Of a DNA stretch of 64,000 bases, positions 38,734-52,199 are shown piece after piece. Location: positions 284,394,001 to 284,458,000 of the forward strand of contig OZ024743.1 in assembly GCA_964016885.1 (NCBI GenBank), given 5' to 3'. Source of the stretch: Eledone cirrhosa (taxonomy: Eukaryota). Each line of letters begins with the position of its first letter. Position 1 is the stretch's first letter. The translations under genes and the position numbers were made by a program. The notes under the pieces were generated by a model. The model was not told the DNA's origin and searched no databases. It saw only the letters and a program-made list of their open reading frames with translations.

Positions 38734-39524
38734 TAGTTGTTACATAAAATTTTGTGTGTACCCGTTATGGCTTAATTGCTATAAGTTATTGTTTTATCTG
38801 GTCTTTTAGTCCAGACAACACTTTGGTTTGTGTCAGACGCTGTGACCCTGGGTGGACAAGCAATACTGTTGGTAAGGGTTGAAACTGCGAAAATCCATCT
38901 CGAAGTCTTTGAAGTTCTGTGTATTTTGTTTGTTTTTTTTATTTTCAAAAAATTTTTTTCAAGGTTTCCCCTATGAAAAAAATTATTTTCTGTTGTCTTC
39001 CCTTTGTTAATTTTCCTAATTTTATTATTATTATTATTATAATATATATATATATATATATTATTTTCTCTGCTAGCAAGTGTTAGACAGGTTATCTGAC
39101 ACCAAGTTAGTACATATGCATGGAACTACTGACCACTTAGATGGGCCAGGGTACATATCTCACATTTATTACCATACTATACTGAGTGCTCACTATATAC
39201 ATATATATATATCGTTAAATGATAATGTTGATATATATGTATATATGCATATATATATCCATAGAAACGTACATACATACATACAGACACATACACACGT
39301 TTATGTTTGTGTGCACCTTTACATTGATATCATTTAAACAACTGATGGCATTTGTTTATGTGGAACATAAACAAATGTCTTACACAGCTTAGAGGTTCAG
39401 TGAAGATCAGCAGTATATATTCTACTTTAAAATACAGTATGTGTTGGTACAAGGAAAGACATCTACTGTAGAGTACTGCCTCAAAACATCTCATCCAACC
39501 CAGGCCAGCATGGAAATAAAGGGA

Positions 39525-39840
39525 TAATGACCCCCTTCAGTCATGAATGACCATGGGATTTGCACTTAGAAAGCTCTCCTCCAAGGCAAGGTTGTTTGTG
39601 GAAGACAAGCAGTCACCCATGAATACCAGTCTGCCCTCTCCACACCACTGATGTTGTCCAAGGGAAAGGAAAAGGCTGATACAGCTTGGCACATGTGATG
39701 TTGCAACTCATTTCTACAGCTGAGTAAACTAGAACAACGTGAAGTAAAGCGTCTTGCTCAAAGACGCAATGGAACACTCAGTCTGAGAATCAAACACACA
39801 ACCTCACGATTACAAGCCCAATGCTCTAACCACTATGCTA
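39525..39840 (-). mobile_element. SINE with family-B-like head and a different 3' part (related fragment at 27885-28085)
   Basis: Head match 39705-39835. The 3' part ATGTTGTCCAAGGGAAAG...GATACAGCTTGG is shared with 28020-28070. Confidence 0.7.
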
Positions 39841-40089
39841 TATTACTTCAGTAGATGTTAAAAACAATGATGATATAATGTGCACGTGTGAGTGTGTGTT
39901 GGGTTTTATATTCTAGTTGGATAAAAAATGATTGAGATGTTTCCATTGTATCTACCCACAATGGCTGCATTGTTGGAGAGGATAAACATGGGTTAGCTAT
40001 ACTATCTGTGTATGTATGGTGAGTGAGAGTGGAATCATTAACCATGTCCAATAGATATATAAAAAATAAACCTATTATTATTATTTTTT

Positions 40090-40270
40090 AGGGCGGTGGA
40101 TTGGCAGTATCGATAGAGGGTCGGACACCATGCTTTGCAGCAAAGAGTTACGGCCCTTTATGGTTTGAGTTCAAATCCCGCCGAGGTTAACTTTGGGGTC
40201 GATAAAATAAAGTACCAGTAATACACTGGGATAATTGCTGGCCTTGTGCCAAAAGTAGAAACAATTATTA
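40090..40270 (+). mobile_element. SINE family A with small internal deletion
   Basis: Matches 1644-1845 but lacks CCTTTCATCCTTAC; TSD-like ATTATTATTTTTT. Confidence 0.85.
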
Positions 40271-40399
40271 TTTTTTTTATTGTTTCACATTCATTTTTCT
40301 CGGCTTGCATTATTGGAGAAATAATTTTTATAGTCACTAATCACTAAACTGTTGAATCAGCTAAATGAATCAAGTGCAATAACATCACAACTGTAGTAA

Positions 40400-40605
40400 G
40401 ATTTTAAACCAGCCATATCCAGCCAGAATTTTCTCACCTCTTTCTGTTCAAAGCAGCCGTAACCGGCCACTCATACTTATGTTAAGGTATTGTTCGCAAA
40501 ATAAATAATATCAACATTTCTTAGATTCGATATTATGTGAGATAATTATGTTTAATACAAAAATACAAGAGTAAATATAGAGTAATGCAAATACTAAAGG
40601 GTTAA
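40400..40605. mobile_element. piggyBac-like MITE copy, left end truncated
   Basis: Interior match; right end CTAAAGGG-TTAA. Confidence 0.75.
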
Positions 40606-41114
40606 CCATGATTTTTATTTCATTGAGTTTTGAAGAAAAGCATACATAATTGATTGGGCCATCAACTCTATTACTGAAACTATTTTATCGATCCTTAAGT
40701 AATTTCTGCTAAAATTGAAGTCAAGACAGTAAAATACTGAATTAAATTATCAAGATATATTTTCTAATATTTTTGAAAAATTTGGAAACTTTTGTAAAAC
40801 TGCCTCCTACTATGAGCATCACCACTTTCTTCATCATTTCCACAGTAACCTTTCTTTACATGAAGTCTGATATACAAGAGAATTTTTAAAATGTCATACT
40901 TTATAATGAAAGTAATTTTTCCTATAAAAGAGAAAAATAAAATAAATATGTTATTATGAGGAGAAAAGGGAATGTTCATGCTAGTTGCAGACCCTCTTAA
41001 GCCTGTGTGATTAATGTGGTCAATACTCAGCAAGTCAATGTCTGCTGGAAAAAAATAGGTAAGTATAGAACCAGGGGTATTGTCTGAATATTTGCAACAG
41101 AGTAAACTCTGCAA

Positions 41115-41325
41115 ACAGCATTCTTGTTTAGCCCAAGATCAGCTCTGATTAAGCTGATTTATGATGAAAGGCAATCCTTTTGTGACCACCTCATCCTTTT
41201 CCAGATATAGTGAATCGAGGATTACATTATCCAATATGTTTTTTCTTTATTAAAGATAGGAGTTAATTTTATTGAAGATTGGTTGCTATTTCTAGCAAGT
41301 CAAGTGACCACATAGTGACTCTCCT
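41115..41325. repeat. Old interspersed repeat family (related copies ~18975-19150, 30290-30450, 42315-42505, 44605-44710, 59700-59885)
   Basis: Shared GATTTGG.TGCTATTTCTAGCAAGTC and TTTAG.CCCA.GTCAGC.CTGAT motifs in both orientations. Confidence 0.55.
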
Positions 41326-43394
41326 GTGGTTGCTGTTGTTGGACCAGGTGCTGGTGTTAAACCAGATAAAATCTAAAGATTAGATATTCTATTTTCCTGG
41401 AACTTAAAACCTCAACATTTAAAAGGAAGAACAAGTGAAGTAAAGCTAAATATATGAATTATAGATAAACCTCTTTAATTTATTAATACGATTTTACAAA
41501 TAAACAAAAAATATACTATTTTTATTAACCATTATCAAAAGCAATCAATTGATATGAAGAGGCAAGCAAAACAGCATGTTAGCTTTAAAGAATGGTAAAC
41601 AGAGATATATCAAGATTCATTGACATAAAGCCAAGTATAGACAGACTTGCCAATCAACTAGCTATCCCATTCCTTGTAAAATAAAACATTTTCAAAGAAA
41701 ATATACGTATTTTATTATCTTTGGCTATTAATATTACGTAACTGTTCTGGATGAGTAAGAAAAATGTTGGATTTTGTTTGAAAATGTCTAACTGATATCA
41801 ACTGTTTGGGTGTAGACTTCCGGAATGCATTTCTAGGATTTTCATTTTTACCCAAAATATTTTGTTTACTATCTCCAATTATTTTTACCCCTTAGAAGAC
41901 TCAATTTTCGAACCATTAAGCATGGCTTCATGCCAGTACTAACAGAAAAGGAGAATTTTTCTAGAAGTCACTGTTTGTTAAATACCCTTTATAGCTATTT
42001 TGTTCAACAGAAAAATCAATTAATAATGTTTTCAATGATCCCTACATTGGTAAGAATAACTTCAATAGATACCCACTATTTTAAACAAAATCTATCTACT
42101 CTGATAAATATATTTACAAACGAGATCTCTGATTCTGGGAAACAAATACTTCATTGTGATACATGCACACCTTGAAGTATAAGGCAAAATTAAAATTCAC
42201 AGTGATCCTTCATTACTGCAAGCACTGACTGAAGATCCAATGAATCTAGAAACAATATCAAAATAGTGATCAAAAGTCAGACTGCACTGGTTTATACCTC
42301 ATTATTGAATGACCCATTAAAATCTGTTAGAAATAGCAACAAAATCTCTATTGAAATACAAATTATCTTTAAAAAAGTAAAGACTTGTCAGATAATGTAA
42401 TCCTATATACACTGCATCTAAATAGAAAGATGGGTGGTTCACAGCTGAAGGCCATTGATTATACATCTCTTTAATCAGGGCTGACATGGGTCTAAACATC
42501 AATAACAACACATCAACAACAACAACAACCAATTGAAGATATGAAGAATTGTGTATCACTCCATGTGTCTGAGAAAGAATTTACTGAGTTGAAACATGAT
42601 ACACTAAAAATCACAACTGAAGTTACTGAGATGACAAGCAACAGAGTTGTAGAGTAAAACTAGAATAAAAATGTAGTTTTTGCATGATCTAAGGTCTAAC
42701 AGTACTATAACAACAACAACAGCAGCAGCAATAGCTCTATTACAAATTCTTTAGAAATAGGAGTACAAACAAGTTCAAAAGACAGAAAGCAAATATTAAA
42801 GATTGTACAGCAACTAAAACCTGATCAACATGGTTAAGTTTTATGAACATTTTATAGCATTGTCATTTCCCTGAGCAAATATTATGAGTAATGATTTCTG
42901 CATCAAACAAAACAAATTTTACCCATCATTTACTTTGTAAAAATTCTGCATTCCATCATTTTTACAGATAGATATATATGGCAGTAAGAATGCATCACTA
43001 TACTTGTATGTATTATATATATGTATATATATGCATCATCATTGTTTTAATGACCACTTTTTCATGCTGTCATGAGTTGGATAAGATTTTCTGTGGCTGG
43101 ATGCTCTTCCTAATGCCAACACTACTTGTGTTTTAAGTAAGATACTTGTTCCACCATCATCACATCAAACTACTGAGCTGCAGGACATAAACACCCCCAG
43201 CGACCTAAGAAGTGTCAATACAAAAGCAACATGCACATACACACCACAGACTTCTGCACAGTTTTTGTCTACCAATTTCACTCACAAGGCAGTGGTCAGC
43301 CCAAGGCTATATTAGAAGACACTTAACTAAAGTGTCACACAGTGGGAAGCATCCATCCAACCTATGCAAGCGTGGAAAAAAACGGACATAAAAA

Positions 43395-43589
43395 TGATGA
43401 TATATATATATACGTGTGTGTGTGCGTGTGTGTGATGATGATGATATATATATATACGTGTGTGTGTGCGTGTGTGATGATGATGATATATATATATGTG
43501 TGTGATGATGATGATATATATATGTGTGTGTGTGTGTGTGCATGTGTATATATATATATTAGAGAGAAGGAGTTCTATGAATTGAATGG

Positions 43590-43636
<47 letters not shown>
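43395..43636. repeat. Compound (GAT)n(TA)n(TG)n higher-order repeat plus (TA)n
   Basis: The block (GAT)n-(AT)n-(GT)n recurs about four times after an RTE-type tail. Confidence 0.9.
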
Positions 43637-43637
<1 letters not shown>

Positions 43638-43724
43638 CCTGTCCGCCCAGCCAGTGGTATGGCGCTATCTTATGGCTAAAACATCACGACGTGCTGTGAC
43701 CATATATATATTGTGTAGGTATGA

Positions 43725-44057
43725 TGGCACATGGCTTAGTGGTTAGAGCATTGGCCTTGCAATCGAAAGGTTGTGAGTTCAATTCTCAGACCGGGTAATG
43801 TGTTGTTTCCTTGAGCAAGACACTTTATTTCACATTGCTCCAGTTTACTCAGCTGTAGAAATGAGATGATAGGGACTGGGGTCCCTATCATTCCACTGCA
43901 AAGTGGTCGTGGAGGTACCACGGAAAAAAAGCACCCAGCACTCACTGTAAATGAGGTTGGTGTTAGGAAGGGCATCCAGCTGTAGAAATCAAGCCAGAAT
44001 CAGTCGCGTCCCACCCTTGCAAGCAGGGAAAAGCGGACGTAAAATGATGATGATGAT
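43725..44057 (+). mobile_element. tRNA-derived SINE family B with RTE-type 3' tail
   Basis: A box TGGCTTAGTGG, B box GAGTTCAATTC, CCTTGAGCAAGACACTT core, tail ...GCAAGCAGGGAAAAGCGGACGTAAAA(TGA)n. Confidence 0.88.
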
Positions 44058-44059
44058 TG

Positions 44060-44230
44060 TAGGAAAAGAGTCAGGACCTCGACGGCTGAGCTCTGGCTGT
44101 CAAAATGGCCAGAGCTCAGCCATTGGGGTCCTGACTCTTTTCCTATTACCCACTCTACTACTCTAAGTATTGAGAACTCTGGTGCATTATGGTCCACATG
44201 ATATCTTACCACACCCTCTTTGTTTTAGTT
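44060..44230 (+). mobile_element. Hairpin-headed short element (86-nt fold-back plus conserved tail)
   Basis: 41-nt arms 44060-44100 and 44105-44145. Tail TATTACCCACTCT...CTCTGGTGC.TTATGG...TATCTTACC is shared with 10330-10512. Confidence 0.75.
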
Positions 44231-45098
44231 ATTGTATATATATGTTGCTACCAGCTCATATTGTGTATTTCAACTGTACTCTTAATTCTATGGACTTCAT
44301 TTTATTTAATTTGTAAGTTATAGGAAGTAGATTTTGGGGGAATGTTAATTGGGATGCAAATCCAGAGAGTAATTTATCTTGCATCCTGCCAAATATCAAG
44401 AAACCTGAGCTCAGCGTAGGCGCATAGGAGACATGAACATCTTTTGCTACTGTTTCTTTTTAAAACATATATTGAAGTATCAGAGTTATGTTAGATAAGA
44501 TGCTTTCTCAAATCTAATTCAGTGATTGATGTGTTTGAATCAAGCAGTAAATCAACAATATATTAAATATTTTCGAAGTTGATAAAATAAGTACTGGTTG
44601 CTGTTGTTGTTTAGGTCAACACTGATTGAGCAGACCAATGATAGCCATCCTTTTTTAACTGTACGGTGTTGTTTGAGGGAGATTTGGTTACTATGTTTAG
44701 CAAGTCAAGTTTTCATAAATGCTTGTTGTCTATACTGATGACATGTAAGGTAGACAGGGAGGTAAACACCAACAGTTAAGGTTATCTCCTCAGATATAGA
44801 GTATGAGCACAACCTCCTTATCTTTTTGGACAAAATAATAAAAATGGTAATAAAGCTGTGATTATAATAAGTTTTAGTTTCCTTTTTTCCTAAATATACT
44901 TTGTTATATACCTGCCTTAAGAATAGAATTGGAAGCCAAATATTAACAATCAATTAATAAGTTCAAAAAATACAGGCATCTCCAATGTTATGGAAGCACC
45001 ACATTCCTAAAAATCTTGCTGTAATGTGGAATTCCGTAACATGAAACATATTTTTCCACCAACATTCATATTATAAACCGATATAGATTCTCATGGAA

Positions 45099-45132
<34 letters not shown>

Positions 45133-48100
45133 GTATTTTATCTACTTTTATGTATGAAAATAATCTTTTTTAAATACACAGAGTGCAGTATGTATACATA
45201 AAAATATTTGAAGAGAAAATCTAAGTACATACTTCTTTCATTATCCTTTCTTTCCCAAATATTTAGATACTTCTCCTTCTATTCACCCTTTTTGTCATAG
45301 CTGCCTTGAATGAATGAAGACAAGTTGGAGTAGAGAGGTTGTCTTATACTTGTAAAAGACATGGCAACTTCTCTATTGCTGGTGCCATGATAAAATACAT
45401 CCAGTATACTTTGTAAAGTAGTTGCCAACTTAATGTAAAGAGAACTCTTTATTCTTGCAAAAGATATAACAGCCTCTCTAGTGCTAGTATCACAATAAAA
45501 TACACGCAGTACACTCTGTAAAGTGCTTGGTGTTAGGAAGAGCATCCAGCTGCAGAAACCATGCCAAGTGAAACATGAACAAAACCTGGTACCTCAATCC
45601 ATCTAATAGGGCAGTGACTCTGAATAGGAGCTGACTTGAACAGTAATGTCCTGTTCAACTTATGCCAACATGGAAAACGGATATAAAATGATGATGATAT
45701 TGAGGAGGAAGACGAAAATAAATATTGCTTTTATCAAGTTATAATTATGAGTTTCTAAAACATCAAGTTGTAGTTCCATTTTAATAGAGTAAACTTAGTT
45801 GCAAGATTGGAAAGCAATTTCCGTTATCTCCTTTTGAATACAATAAATTACTAATCAAGCTGAAATCCTACCAGTATGTTAGATGAGCTTTATGATGTAA
45901 ATGTGCATTAGAGGATACTCTATTAAGTAGTACACATTTTTAGTCACTGCTGTTGTGTGTAACAATGGAAAAATGGGGGCTAAGCCTGGCAGGTCACAGT
46001 CCTATTTAGGACAAACCTTGAGAGATCAGACACTCACCTGTTATCTGTCCATAGGGAGATTATATATATATATATATTGATCACCCTTTTTCTGCTCAAG
46101 AAGAGACTGTAAACCCATTTGTTTACTTTTGTCCAGAATATTCAATTATATGCAGTAGCAATGGCTAAAAACCTGCTCCAGTTAATAGAATGTACTTCAC
46201 TGTTCATTTACATTACTCAAAATATGCTGCTTGTTACACTGATAATTAATTAATTGATTTTAATGATATCTCATAATGATGTATCCTAGGATATGTTATT
46301 ATAAATTAGTTAAGTTTTCAATGATTATTATCATTACTTTATTTTTATTTATTTATTTTTTTTGTAGCAATAATGGTGATTGGTAATTGGATCGCAAAGG
46401 AGTTCTAGCAATGGTGTATTTTTGGATGTCATCAAGTGTTTTTTAAGTTAGGTTATATATTCTTTTAATAATGATGCATGATGGAGTGTCAGAAAGAGTA
46501 GGTAATATGGTGTGAAGGACTTCCACAATGATTTATAGTGGAATATGTTTTTCCAAACATTAATCTATTACAGTAATGAGGCATTTTAGAATAGATTGTG
46601 AACAAAGCAAAAATTAATAGTGAACCTTGGAATATAATGCGAAGTAAACAGTAGAATCTGAGAAAGCTAGTGATGGTATATGTTAACAGTATTCATAATA
46701 AATTGGTTTGCTTTAACGAAAGGAAAATCTTATGTTTCAGACAATCCTTCCTCAACGAGAGATGTCTTTTGATGGTACCAAATGAGACTGGAAGTAGTGA
46801 GAAAGAGAGAAAAGTATGAAAATAGTGGAAGAAAAATTGAGAAAGGAGGAGGAGTGCAAAAGACAAAACACATCTTGATATAGGGACAGCAGTCAAAGCA
46901 GGAAAATAATCAACAAGAACATTGCCAAGTCTGTGAAATGGTGAAGTGTAGAAGAAGGGAAGACAACTAGTAGAGGATCAACAATACTGTTAAATTGAGG
47001 ATAGTTGGAAGATTTCAAAAGCAAAGGAGAGAGGTTATTCAGGAGAAAATAAGAATATATATATATATGTATATCATCATCATTGTTTAACATCCATTTT
47101 CCATGCTAGAATAGGTTAGATGGGTTGCTCCATTGTGAGACAAGTCAGAACAGATGAACATGTTTTGCTCACACAGAACCATTTCTGGCTTGGTTTCTAC
47201 AGCTTGATGCCCTTCCTAATGCCAACCACATTTACAGTGTGTGTATATATATATATATAATAGTGGTTGCCAAACTGCAAGTATATGAAAGGCAAAAATT
47301 GATTAGGAAAATACGTGTTCATTAATGCCTGTGAGTAAAGAATTTTCTAGAGTAAAGATGAGGTTTTTTTTTTGTATCTGAGGTCCAACGAAGATGTAAA
47401 ATGAACCGTGTATAACATAAATTGTAATGTTTGTTTTTGCATCAGTTATCAAATAACTATTTCTATTAAGTGAATCTGGAATATTATTTAAAGCCCGAGG
47501 GACTGATTCTGTATTCTGTTAATTATCATTATTTATGTCATTGTTTATTTGATCTCTATTAGCAAATATACACTGTTGGTGCTTAAAAATCACAACTGCA
47601 TTATTACCTGCTCAGGATATAAATCTAGCTTGTTGTAGTTCATTGTTTTTTTTTTTACATTGCTACTATACTGGAGCTACAGTTTCATATGACATTGCTA
47701 TTGGTGATTCTATTTGTCTGTCCATGAAAGTAGATGGGCAAATATGCATCAATAGAAAACTTACTTGATGACTATACTTTTAAACCCATTTTAATGCCAG
47801 AGAACATTCTTTCAAGAATTCCATTTGATTCTGGGTAATATATAGGCACTTTTTATAGGCTTATATTTGACCTTATTTAGCTATGTATATACATTACCAC
47901 AAAAACAACAAGCAACATCAGGCATTAATGACACTAATACACCATTTCGAGAAAACAGTTTTTCATACTTCTCTTTACTTGCTTCTTTATACAATTCTCA
48001 TATGATTGCATGCTACTTATGAGTCTAGTTTGAATTATATTATCTTCTGCAATCTGTCCGTCAGTTCGCAATTTTTCCAAAATGAGCTAACTCACACAAT

Positions 48101-48277
48101 CTTAGAATAACTTTAATTTGTTTTGAACCTTTAAAGTAATTATCAATTTAGTATGGAGAAAACTTGACTCCATCACATACCTTAAACTGTTAAAAATTAA
48201 TTTCTCCCATTATAAAAACCTTTTGCAGGGCCATCATCATACAGGATTTTAATAAAGATAGAACATTATTTGGTTAT

Positions 48278-48573
48278 CCCGTCGAGGTTAACTTTGCCTT
48301 TCATCCTTACAGGGTCGATAAAATAAAGTACCAGTAATGCACTGGGTAATTGCTGGCCTTGTGCCAAAAGTAGAAACAATTATTTGGTTAACCTCAAAAT
48401 TATCTTGATGTTTTTTTTATTTTGCTATAGCAGTAATGAATCACAACCAGAATGCTGTCATATCTGGATCATCTAATGGAAGTTCATTATTAACCACCAG
48501 TAACCATCAGTAATAAAGTACCAGTAATGCACTGGGTAATTGCTGGCCTTGTGCATAAAGTAGAAACAATTAT
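48278..48573 (+). mobile_element. Two 5'-truncated SINE family A copies (48278-48383, 48512-48573)
   Basis: Core and tail matches with TSDs ATTATTTGGTTA and TTATTAACCACCAG. Confidence 0.8.
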
Positions 48574-48845
48574 TAACCACCAGCAATGCCATTTTAATGT
48601 TAAGCTTATTTAACATCAATTGTGGGTTATTGATGATATCAATGAGATAATGAATTCAGTAAGTACTTGTTCAAGTCCAATAATGTAGTTCCAGAACAAT
48701 ATATTCATCCAAGTCACAAAAGGCCTTTATGTTCAACTTATCATCCAAGCTCTTTCTAATCTAGTTCAATAACAATAATCATGTAAAATACATGCATCAC
48801 CACAATATTAGTATAAAAATGACACTAAAAATGAGACTAGCAGCA

Positions 48846-49006
48846 CTACAGGTATTTCATGAGGTATTAATGCAGTACATTTAATCCTACAGGCTTCAAT
48901 TTACCAGAATAAGAAGTAGATTATCTACAGGTATTTCATTAAGGTATTAATGCAGTATATGTAATCCTACATGCTTCAATATACCAGAATAAGAAGCAGA
49001 TTTTCT
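48846..49006. repeat. ~80-bp tandem duplication
   Basis: CTACAGGTATTTCAT..AGGTATTAATGCAGTA...AGAATAAGAAG.AGATT twice. Confidence 0.9.
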
Positions 49007-51674
49007 GGAAGTTTTATTTTTCATCTACTTAGCCTTTGAATACTCCACAGGGCTTAGAAACCAATCTTGTCAGTTTTATTCTTCATGCATTTGCCTTTGA
49101 TCATCTGTCTTCAATAGTTTGGATGAGGGTAGAATTGGCTGGGCTGATATTCATGAACATGCTACATGATGACAATGGTGGGCTACAGAAAATTTTCTAT
49201 GCTCTTAACAACTGAAACAATTTTGTGGAAGTGGGCTCTATATTCAACTAGGCAAATAGCACTAACTAGACTAATAGAAACCTTTTCCAAACCCAAATGT
49301 AATGCTAGTGTGTGAACTTTAAATGCTTGAATTAGTTCAATAGCTTAGCATTTTAACCATGTAGCTTATATGTATTCTAATGTTTTGCGATATGAGATGT
49401 AAAAATACTGATTAGATTAGAATGATGCCATGTGGGATTTAGAAAGAAAAATAAAAATAATTCATGAAATAAAATATTGCACAGCAGTAGATAAAAGGTA
49501 GTTGTTTGCTGTTGTTCGGAGAAAGCAACAGTTTCAGATTAAGCTAGCTATTTTGGTTTGGATTATGTTCCATGTTTTCACTGTAAATATAGTAATAATA
49601 TTATGTAACCTCCATAAGTTCTTCAATCTGGGATTAACAGAAGAAGAAAGAAGAAGAAGAAAGAAGAAGAAAAAGATGGTGATGACAATGATGACAACAC
49701 AGCAGAATTTGTGAAGATTAAAATATTTCTCTCTCACTAAAGAAAATTAACTGATACCAAATATTTTCACAGAATGGGATTGATACAGACCATAGTTGGT
49801 TGATGGTGAGATAAGGATTATTTGTTGCTAGAGTTACGTAATATGCTGAAGGTTATATATTCTCATTTAAATCACAAAACCAATACTTGGCTAAAAGTTT
49901 CTTTTATTTTGTTTTTCAATATATATTGGTGACTGATTAGAGTAAAGAAGAGGTAACTAAAATCATAACAAATGAGAGCTGATTAGGTTTTGTTATTTTT
50001 GTTGTTAACATTGTTTATTAGACCCAATTTTGTCATTTGTTTTTCCTTTAAAGAAGAGGTTGGTTTGTATTTGAGAAGAAGTAAAGGCAATCTAATCTAA
50101 TGATTAAGAATTTCAGAATCTAATACAGATTCAACATATTGTATACAATAATACGAGTCTGGGTTGAATTTCATTGTTTAATTCCTTTCATAACTAATAT
50201 ATTTACATTACCTTTTCTTTTTATTCTAAAATGGTCAAGAATTTAATTCTATTCCTAAATAGTCAAGAATTCAAACTGTTTTAGCAAAATAACTATTTTG
50301 TTTTTATTAATATTTCTTGTTGTTGTTTAACCAAGGAGGGGGGTGGCAGTGGCCATGATACATTAGAATGCTTGTAACAGAGTGAATTTTACTGAAGCAC
50401 ACAATGGACCATTGGTGGTGTTAAATTCAGTGACAGATTAAGTCTACCACATCACTAGGTGACAGCAGGATTTGAACTCCGAATGCAAAATGATGGGACA
50501 AATACCACAATGCATCTTACCCGGCACTCTAACAATTCCACCAATTATTCACTCTTGACTGATATTCTATTTCATCAACCATGAAAGGATGAAAGGCAAA
50601 ACTGACCTCAGCAGGAGTTGAACTCAGAGTGTAGAAAGCCAGCGTAAACAAATACTGCAAATAATTTTATCCTCTACTTTAACACATCTGCTAATTTGAC
50701 TCTGTAAGGCTCTTGTATATAATTATAATGGACAGTTTTAATTTCAATATGGATACTTTAAAACAATAGATCTTTTATCACAGAGCCTGAAGCACTCTCA
50801 GGATCTTATCAGAAGAGATAAACCAGTGTTCCAGTGATAGAAATCCCATATTTATTGTCAGCATGCAGTCCTTAAGATTAACAGCATATGTGTAATTCCC
50901 ATTTGAAAGACAATAGTGTTTGACGAAAAAGGTATGACTGTGACATTCATCAACTTCAATTCCATAAAATGATTCTCAGGAGTTATTGTTATTCAACTCC
51001 AGGTCAGCCTATCATCAAAGGTCATCCATGGCCATCATCTTTTCTTCAAACATGGTTTTATCTCAGACTATATTATCTATTTTTAAGATGGCATGATGTA
51101 TTTTGTGGGTCTTTTGGCAATGACTTTTAGCAAATTGAACATATATATATATAAACACACACACACACATGTATATATACATACACACATATACATCATC
51201 ACACATAAATACATATACATACATAATACATGCATTATATATATATATATCATCATCATCATCATTTAATGTCTATTTTCCACACTAGCATGGGTTAGAC
51301 AAGTTTGTCCCATTTGAGGCAAGTTGGGTTGGGTGACTGTGTCTCGCTCAAATAGGACTGTTTCTGGCTAGTTTTCTATGGCCGGATGCCCTTCCTAACA
51401 CCAACCACATTCACAGTGTGGGCTGGGTGCTTTTTGTCGTGACACACGACCACTTTACAATGTGGGCTGGGGGCTTCACTGGATGCATTTTCTTCAGCTT
51501 GTCCTCATGGGGGTCTATGGGAGGGTGGATTGGGGCATACTGTATATATGCTTCAGCCTGTGCCTGAATATATATATAGTATATTTGGCAATATACTGTA
51601 TTAATTAAAAACATTTTGAAGACCTTACCCTATTGTTTTAAAGTAGTGACTATGTCACTTCTTTTTTCAACAAA

Positions 51675-51745
51675 CAAAGGGAGGTAAGCTGACAGATCTC
51701 TGTTTCATACTGTTGGTAATCATCAGAGCTTAGCACTTGCCTTTG
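51675..51745 (-). ncRNA. Type I hammerhead ribozyme (inverted copy, sense to the Cav1 pre-mRNA)
   Basis: Reverse complement reads TAAGCT-CTGATGA-TTACCAACAGTAT-GAAA-CAGAGATCTG-TC-AGCTTA, the same core as the copy at 52200-52270. Confidence 0.85.
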
Positions 51746-52199
51746 TCTGTTGAAAATTATAAATGTTGGATTCTTATAGAATTCCAGTAATAATCAGGAA
51801 CTGATTATACAGAGCAGTTGCCGGTCCAGCAAAAATTGAAAATTAGAATTGGTACTCTGAAATAGCGATATATATATGAATGTATATATAGTATATTTGG
51901 CAATATACTTACTGTATGCTTAATTAAAAACATTTTGAAGACCTTACGCTATTGTTTTAAAGTAGTGACTATGTCACTTCTTTTTTCAACAAACAAACAA
52001 TAGCGTAAGGTCTTCAAAATGTATTTAATTAAGCATACAGTATATTGCCAAATACTATATATACATTCATATATACATCGCTATTTCAGAGCACCAATTC
52101 TAATTTTCAATTTTTGCTAGATGGCAACCGCTCTGTATAGTCAGTTCCTGATTATTACTGGAATTCTATAAGAATCCAACATTTATAATTTTCAACAGA

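Larger units (their letters stand above)
38293..39010. mobile_element. Three short Penelope-like/retrozyme fragments separated by (TA)n tracts
   Basis: Segments ~38293-38546, ~38559-38700 and ~38732-39010 are each bounded by (TA)n. The first two carry minus-strand hammerhead motifs and the third a decayed plus-strand one (~38848-38890). Confidence 0.65.

Noticed and set aside
43725-43797. tRNA gene
   Set aside because: A and B boxes are present but there is no proper acceptor stem, and it continues into a SINE body found in several copies.
44971-45100. Tigger/pogo-like TIR start (TACAGGCATCTCC), and a hAT-like start near 47261
   Set aside because: No matching opposite terminus or transposase remnant found, so support is too weak.
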